Virus record (IMG/VR): IMGVR_UViG_3300048442_000818
Span: 1 to 64,000 of that record
DNA length: 64,000 bases
From: a virus
Reading direction: 5' to 3' (one strand)
The position numbers and the translations under genes were made by a program. Under the pieces are notes generated by a model that searched no databases, had not been told where the DNA came from, and saw only the letters and a list, made by a program, of their open reading frames with translations. Shown here piece after piece: positions 26,999 to 35,900 of this stretch (its first letter is position 1; the number at the start of each line of letters is the position of its first letter).

Positions 26999-29900
26999 TT
27001 AGTCCATCAGACTATACCAGGGGTTCAGTTCCCAACTGTTCCAACCCATTTCAGGACCAATTGAGTAACCAAGACTACCATCCATAGCTTGAGTGAAGAT
27101 GTTATCATTTACTGGTAAACCAACACTGCTGGGTGCAGGTAGAGTTGATGCTACTAAGAAATGTAGAGGATTGTTTCTAAGAGTACTTAAGGCAATCTTA
27201 GCAATACGGATCTTGTAGTTGTAAAACCACAGTAGACCCATATTCTCCATATACCCTCTCCAACGTCCCGGTAAGCGATCATAGTTCGCAAACTCGGTAG
27301 TTACCCTACCCAAAGCATCAGCACTACTCATTTTCTTACGTTGAGTTAAATCATCGTAGAGTACTGCTTTAGCTACAAAGTCACTGTACTGTACAGACTT
27401 TTGAAGAGCCTGGAACAGTGGAGTGTCTTTCATGATTAAACCATACCGGGCAGCCGTTCTGAGTTTGGGGGGCAGCTTATCAATCTGCTTACTGAAGTAG
27501 CTGTACAGATTACCAGTAGTCAGTTCCAGATCTTCAGAAGACATACCGATATCCGCAATAGTGCTGAATTCCCCTGCCTGGATCAAAGGCCAGATACTCA
27601 GACGCTGATTAGAGTCAGTGATGGATCGGATCTCAGCACGCAGTTTACGCTCCCGTACAAAGTCTTGGCCTACCGCCCTGAGTTCAGCTTCCAAATCAAT
27701 CTGACGTAAGCGGTTCTTCACATAAGCATTGATCTCTACCAGCTTAGCTGGATACCCACGTTTGATATCCCGTACCGGTACACCTCTACTCACCAACTGG
27801 TAAGTGGTTGAAATGAAGTTATACACCGGTACTACCACCGATCTAACAATAATGTTAGTACGAATATCAGACATTATATTTTGTGTGAATTGTTCACCTT
27901 TCACTAGAGTTTTATAAGCATCTGGTCCCATTAAACCAACAAAGAAGTTTCTCCAAGCTTCATTAGTTAATGGATCTCTGTTGTTGCTATTGGTCCAGAA
28001 ATCACCAACAGAAGGGTTACGATAACCTACTGCATCTTCTAGCATATCTTTACGAACCCAGAATTCATCCCCAAATTTGCGATGAATATAATCTCTAGTA
28101 TCGTCAGAGAATAAATTCACAGCATCTCTTTGTACTGGGCTAAGATTAGAACCAAAAAGGTTCACATACTCGTTGATTTTATCACGGCTAATTTTCATAT
28201 CAGCCGTATACATATCATGGAGTCTATCAATAGAAGTCTCGTTGAAAATTTGAGACATCTTTTCTTCAACCTGACGACCTCGCCAAACACCTAACATCCG
28301 GCTTAGGTCTTGTGATTCAGGTTCCAAACGGGCTTTCTGTGCTGGATCCACTGACTGCTCGTAAGCAAAGATTTGGCCTCTCTCATCGAATACAGGCATC
28401 AGGTTCTCAACATCACCCTGTTCTTGAGACAGTCTGCGAGTGATTCGGGTCACATCAGCACGCCCAAAGATACGACCTGCCACCAGATCAGAGGTGAGAC
28501 CTGTATGGGGATCAACTCCTGAAGCCGTACGGTTGATGTTCTGAATAAAGCCTTGAGCATAAGCAGTACGACCAGAAATAGGAGTAAAGTAGTAGCTCTT
28601 GCTTGAGCGTCGGTTATCCACATTACTACCGTTATACGGACCCATGTTCACATAACCACGGATCCGCATATTGGACTCCTGGGCATTCTCTTCAATACGT
28701 AGAGATGCACCAGGGCTTTGCTCAGCCGGTATATGGCCTTTGTAGTGGTTCACCAGGGCCTTACCCTTGTTTGCCTTACGAAGCTCTGTTCTACGCTGTC
28801 CTTGAAGGTATCCCAGCACGAAGTTGAGACCATTGCTCTCATCCTGAACCAAGGAGGCCATAGCCTGCTTATCCTGGGTGGATAAACCATCCACAGCGTA
28901 CAGAGTGATCAGTTGATCAATAGACCGTTGTATGGAGCTGTCAGGTGCCTTCCAGCCTGCTTGTCTGGATTCACCAAATAGGTTTGAGATCGCATAAGCA
29001 TTACGAAGCAGACTGACCCCTGTTTTACCGGTGTTCATGAAAGTGGCAAGTTGCTTCATCTTTCTTTGGTAAATAGGCCAGTGAGCAGTATCACTCTGCT
29101 GAATGAGTCCTTCCAGATCGTTGATCAAAGCATCCAGTGAAGTTTGGCTCTGGAATAGATCCACGATATCTTGCGCAGGCATTGTTTCCATCAGGGCTGC
29201 CAGATCCGTTTTACCCATAGAACGGTACATTGAGGACCATTCTTCCTGAGACAGCTTTCGACTGAATTTGTTATGCAGCACTCGTGGAATTTCATCTCTA
29301 AAGTTCTGACGTAATTGCTGCACTGCTGCCCTGACAGTTTTGATCATGTCATAGACTTGAGCATTGCCTTCGGTACGATCTACAAGGTTGTTCACCAAAT
29401 CATAGAACGGCTTCCAGATCCGACCACGGTTCATTAATCCCATCAGTTCTTGGGATACCATGTCGGCTCGTTCTTCAGAGGCAATGGACGAAGCCAGCTT
29501 TAGGAAGTTACCTGCGAGTTTAGTTGGAAGACTCTGGGATTCCTGTCCTTTGGTTCCAAGTTTGTAACCGGTATCTGCAAGGGTTTGCATACCGTTTACC
29601 ATCCAATCGTTTACAGCGTCATATTTATTACCAATCTTATCTGTTACCTCGCGGATAGTGGTCTGCTCATCCAAAGCAGCTTTGGTAATCTGATTCATCA
29701 AATTATCCATAGCCGCTTTGACATTGGCAGCATCACGCTGACCTGACATACGATTTGACAGTGAATCTGATGCAGTGACCAATAAGTTATCCAAAGCAGC
29801 ATCCATAGTTTTTTGATCTGACTTAACAGATTTTGGAACCTGCATATTTGCTAAGATATCTCTAAACTCTTGGTTCACAGTGGATAGTGCAATGAACACA

Positions 29901-32900
29901 GGTAACAGAGTAGTGCGCCCATATGCATCTGTTTGACGATTTACTCGACCCAAAATAGTGTTGTATTTTTCTTGCGCATAATAGCGATCAGCATCAGGGT
30001 TACGAGAATTCTCTGGCATAAAGCTATCAACACTCAGGTTTTTAGTTACATGAGTGTATAGCTCCTGCATTTGAGCCAAAGCGTTAGGATCCAATTTAGC
30101 TTCAGTAGCCAGAGTAGCTACGATTGTTTTGAATGTGGTGGCTTCATTGATATCCATATTGAAGTGAGCACTTACTGCATCATTCAGAGCATCAATGGCT
30201 ACTTGGCCTGATTCTGAAAGGAGGCGGTTCTGCTGCACTTCGCGTTCGGTATCGGGATACTCATCTAAGAGATCAACAATCTTGGTTTGAAGAGCATTAC
30301 GGATATCTCGTAAGCGGGTATTATTCCCATAGGTTGCATGGAATAACGTACCTTCCTGGAATACAGAAGATAGATTTGGCTGAGTACGAATAATGATACC
30401 GGTGTTGAATTGTAGATTACTCAACACATCATCAGCGTGTTTAGGAGCGTGCTTACGACCCCAAACTAATTTCTTGATTTCTTGCCACAGATCTTTAGCA
30501 AGTTGAACTAACTTGTTCGTTTTTGTTTTCTTCAGTCGATTAGTGATCTGTTCGTTAGTAAGACCCCATGCCATAAACTCGTTAAGGGCTTTAGCCTGTG
30601 AGGCAGCAGGATCCATATTCAGATCATTCTGAGCACTCTCAATAGCAGCTCTAGCATTATCAAATGCCATGTACATTTCGTTAGGTAAACCACTTTCCAG
30701 ATCCATGGAAAGAAAATCATTGAGCATGATCTCCATTCGCTCAATAGCCCTTCTTGCTTCTGGATCCACTTTTTCACCACGATAATATGAAAGCAGTGTT
30801 TCATAGGTAGAAGCGTGAACCATTTCGTGGACCAAGGTTTCAGTGGTTGGGTTGATCAGATAAATCACCCGTTCCGCTACTGAAATCACACCGTGAGCCG
30901 TAGCATCTCCCGTGTTAATTGAACTCAAGCCAGTTTCACGTTGGTATGCAGCAATTTGCTCAGGTGTACCAGCAATGATTTTGTAATCTTTGGTTCCCAG
31001 ATTACGAATGATTTGAGCATAGATATCTCTTTGTGGTTGGGTCATGTTGACCAACCGACCGAGATTTTTCAGGGCTGTCCAGCTAATTACACGTACACCT
31101 GAAGCTTTATGTTCACGGCCCACTTTCTGAATATCTTCAGACATGCCATCAGCTACAGGAGCTTCTTCTGTAGCTTGCTGTTTGCCTGAAATTTTCTCTT
31201 GATAACGAGCATTCAATTCATCAGCAATTTGTTCAGGTGTCATCTGTGCATCAAGAGTTACAGTTCCATTCACATAAGGTGAGGCAGCACCAGCCATATG
31301 ATCAATAGAATGAAGAACATCACTCATTACCTGACGACGAATAGAGACACTATCTTCCGCTTGCTGAAGAAATTTACCTTTCCTATCCAACATATCCAAG
31401 ATAGCTTGAGAAGTAGCTACTTCTTCTTCTGGATCCAGATAAGGAAACAAGGCACGGGTAAAATCTCTATGCATCGGTGTATCTTTCACCTGCATATCAT
31501 TCTTTAACATATCTTCGATTAGATCTTTTGATTTCATAAATTGTTTATAGGAATCATTGACTGCCTTAAACGGATTACCATTGATCCAGGAGTCATACAC
31601 AGCCTTATTGGCTTTTTCACTGTATTCAGTGATTTTATCCAAAGGCATGTTGATACCATCAAAGATATCAAGGGTATTGTTCATTTCAGTATCCAGAGAA
31701 GTTCTCTGGATCATGTTAGCGTCACCCATACCAATGGTTAGGAACGGAATACCCGCAACACCAGCATTGGCTGGGGCATAAGCGTAAGCATCCGTTCTCA
31801 TGGTTCCATCAAGAGCACGACTGAATGCTGGACCACCTTCAAGCATCTGAGTCTTAGCAATTAGAAATACTTGACCTTGTGTTTGAACCAAAGGAGATAC
31901 TTTGAATATTTCTTTGTAGATTGCAGTGAAGTCTTTACGAGAAAGGAAATCACCAGGACGGTAGGTAGGATCATTTTTCTTACGATCCTCTAACCGTTCA
32001 TTAATCAATCTACGGAACAGATACTCCAAAACAATAGACTGTGATTGGGTTGCTTGACGGATTTTATCAACAGACCTCATAAGAGGAGCACCAACTGTAT
32101 CTTCAATACCAAACCGCAGAGGTCTAACAAAACCTTCAAGCATGTTTTGTTTGATACTTTGGATCTGTTCTGGTGTAAAAGTGAACTCTACTGGATCCGC
32201 AGACTGACGTGTGCGATCTGAAGGTTCTAAGAAGTATTCACCACTTCTCTGGTTATAGCGTATTTTATTGGCTAACAGGGTATTTAAAGCATCAACAAAC
32301 TGACGACCCTGTTTTTCAGGATTTGGTTCATTAGGGAATAGAGCTTCACCCAAGGTAATTTTAGGATAAGCTTCTCTTGCCTGGGCAAATTGAGACATTT
32401 TACTGTAAATGTCTTTCACCATTTGGGATGTAAGATTACCAGCAATACCTGAGATTGAAGAACCATACACCAAAATGGTAAGTGGGTTCTTGGCAATACC
32501 ACGGTCAAGCTCAAAGGATCCTGGCTCACCTAATTCAACATCACCGTTGTACTTAACACCCGGTAATGTGACATTCATCAATGTCATCAATGCCTTAACG
32601 TTACCTAGTAGCCCATCAGATTTCTTATTACGACCCAGTACATTGATAAGGGTACGTAGATGCTTATCTGAATTGATCGTAGCTGTTTTGTACAAATCAA
32701 CAGGATCTCTTTGGCTGAGTTCAGCCATAGTTTGGCGAGTGCCGATAGAGACACCACCTTTAGAAATATTCTGGATCCACTCAGGAGTAAACCGGCCTGG
32801 GGTCATTAACATCATAGCGTTGATTGGGCCATCGGTTACACCATCCCCCTCAAGATATATTGAGGTACGGAAAGATTCTCTCTCACCTAACGGAGTTTGT

Positions 32901-35900
32901 GTTAACCGTGCGTATTCCATAAGAGCATTCAAAGCTACAGGCGTAACATCAATACCCGCAGAATCAAGATGACCCTTCAGAATATAAGCATCCAGAGGAT
33001 TTACCTCAGTAGTTATTAATGAGTTGGTATCAGTGCCACTTACCCAATCGTTGATCAGATCCAGAGCAGGGACCAAAGGACCAGTAAGTAAGTTTTGTAC
33101 TTGCTCAACTGTATCTTCTAAAAGTTGATTATGAACTTTAATATCTAATGCTTGACCAATAGAAAGTAAGAAATGATTGTAAATAGTACTGTTTTCATTA
33201 GACAAATCAACAGTACTCCACGTAGGTAGAATAGCCTCACGAACTGCTTTATCTGATTGAGGGTTGTAAGCACCCAGCATCTGCATACGCCCAACACGGG
33301 AAATATTATAAGCGTACCGAATTGGCATCTCAGAAACCGATACACCTTCTGTTTCAGCACGGTTAACCATACGATCAACCGTATTAAATAGGTGATTGTA
33401 TGCAGAAGTAATAGTGCGATTTTTACCTTCAATAGATTTAGCATGGTTTATATTAAGGGTTTGATTATCACCCGCTGATTCACCAAGCAGAGTTAACATA
33501 CCCTCTCTACCGAAAGCAGAGTATAGATTTACCATTGGAATATTCAGATAAAAAGGTACTTTTTGTTTGTTCTCAATCGCTTCTTTTTGTTTTATAGTGT
33601 TAGCTACTTCTGGGTTATTCATCTGACGCTGGGCAACAGGAATTTCCTGATCACCAATGTAGAACACTTCTTCTGGACTAATTAGAACAGCATCATCAAT
33701 AGCAGTTGGGTAAGCATGAATTGGATTACCTTCCATTGGTGATACAAGATACCGATTAGGTGTTTTATCTGAATCCAGACCAAAGGATTTCAGGTCAACG
33801 GTAGTGACACCCATCATACCCGTATCAATAAAAGCCCTGATCATTTCAGCAGCTACTGCTTCAGGAATACCCTCAGAATAAGCAATGTCCGCATCAGCAG
33901 TAGCCGTTACACCCCAGTATTCTTTGATCTTGTTAGCAAGAGATCGCTTCACCTGCTCAAGACTCATACCCTCATTGAGAAGGCGTATGACCTCATAAGG
34001 TACGATTTCAGCGTCCACACCAGTGATAGCAGAGATGTCTGAATCATCCATTGGAGTGTGGTACTGGTTAGATGTCAGTAACCACTGAATAGCTGCTAAA
34101 GCAGCAGTCTCTAACAATTCTGGGTTGTATTGGTAACCTTCTGGTGTTTCATCAACAATATTAAGTGCTTTACCTCTAGCCCATCTTTGAATATCAGCAT
34201 CAGTTTCTAATACATCACGGATCGTTCTTTTATCTTTATTTGAAGACCATGAATAACGACTATTTAAGAAACGATCTAAATTAGCAGACATAGCTGACAT
34301 AAGACCACCGACAGATTGAACACTTTTAATCTGTGCAGCAGTAAGATCATTAGTTTCACTCTTTATCAGGTATTCACTTGCTTTTGGATCATTGCGTAAC
34401 AAAGTTTGATATTCAGATGCGATCTCAGGAGTTAAAGTGTATTTAGGGGTATTACCCATAAATTCAATCAAACTCCCGGATGAAGATAAAGCATCTTGAA
34501 CCAAGAGGATGGGGGATCCTTCTTGACCGATTAATCGAGTAGGTGCTTCTTCTGTGTTCGGTAATCTGAACACTTTTTTGAAGAAGTTTTCACCGCGAGT
34601 AAGTAGATTTGGGTATAGGGAATCCAAACCTGTAGTGGGGGTATCTACCGGTTCAGCCTCAGCAGAAACAGGTTCTGGGGTGGATTCCTCTATAGTGGTA
34701 TCCACTTCTTCCTGGGGCTGTGTTTGAACAGGCTCTGGATCAGGTTGAGTTTCAGTAACTGGCTCAGGTTCTGGCTGTGCTTCTTGTTCTTGCACCTCTG
34801 GTTCAGGTTCAGCCGGTTTATTGATCTCAGCAAACGCCTCCGCAGGGGTAAGCTTACGGATATCAGCATCTGTTAAGCCACGCTCTCTTAATTGAGCACG
34901 CATAGCTTGCGTGATCATTACGGGTACGCTGGCTGTAGTGGTTTTTTGTGTTGGCGTATCTTTTGTGATTTGCTGTACCTGATCGGGGTTAAATACTACA
35001 ACCTCCTCGTAACGGAACTCAGGGTCTGCATAAAGTAAGCCGTCATACCCTTCCGTTATTAAGGCATCACGTTGTTCTGGTGTGATGCCTGTAATCACTA
35101 TGGGATCATTATCTTTAACCAAATAAGGATTTTGAATGTTTACCCGGAAAGTGAGTGTTACTCCCCCTTCTTGCATTCCTTGGGAATATGCAATGTTTTT
35201 TGTAGTGTAAAACCCAACGAGAGTACCCGTGTTGTTTCCTATAAAATGCACAGTAGAAGGTCGTTCACGTTCAGCAATCACTTTAAAATTTTCTGCTTCT
35301 ACTGCCCTTGTTGTGTGGTAAGTCAACCCTTTTACTACGCTATCCGGAAAAATGTGATCGTATGCAGAAGTATCAGAAATAATCTCTGATTTTGGTTCAG
35401 CTTTTTTTAATTCAGAATTAGAGGTTGACTTATTTTGTTGATTTTTCGTAAATATTTCACGTAATCTTTCAGCATTAGCAACAGCAGTAGATTTACGACG
35501 TTCAAGATCAGATTTTATCTGCTCATACCTACTATCATTTTTATCTACACCGGGATTTATATTGAGATTACGTGCATATCTTTCTGCCCTAAGTACTATA
35601 TATTCTGCAAGATCAAAACGATCATTATTAATTGCTGTATTTAGTTGTGCAAAAGTTTCTGGGTTTGAGGGATCAATTACTGGAGCAACTACCGCATCAT
35701 ATAGAGTTTTTTCTATTTCTGGGCTGTTTTGTCCTGGCGCACGATCACCCCTTATATATATTTGTTCATTCTTTTCAAAATCTAATTGTGCTTCGAGAGT
35801 CTCAATACGTAGTTCTGACCCTGACTCAAGAGTAGATTCTGCCTGTTCTTGCTGTTGTTCTGGCTCTGCTGTTACTTCAGCTTGTCTTTGTCCAGGTACA

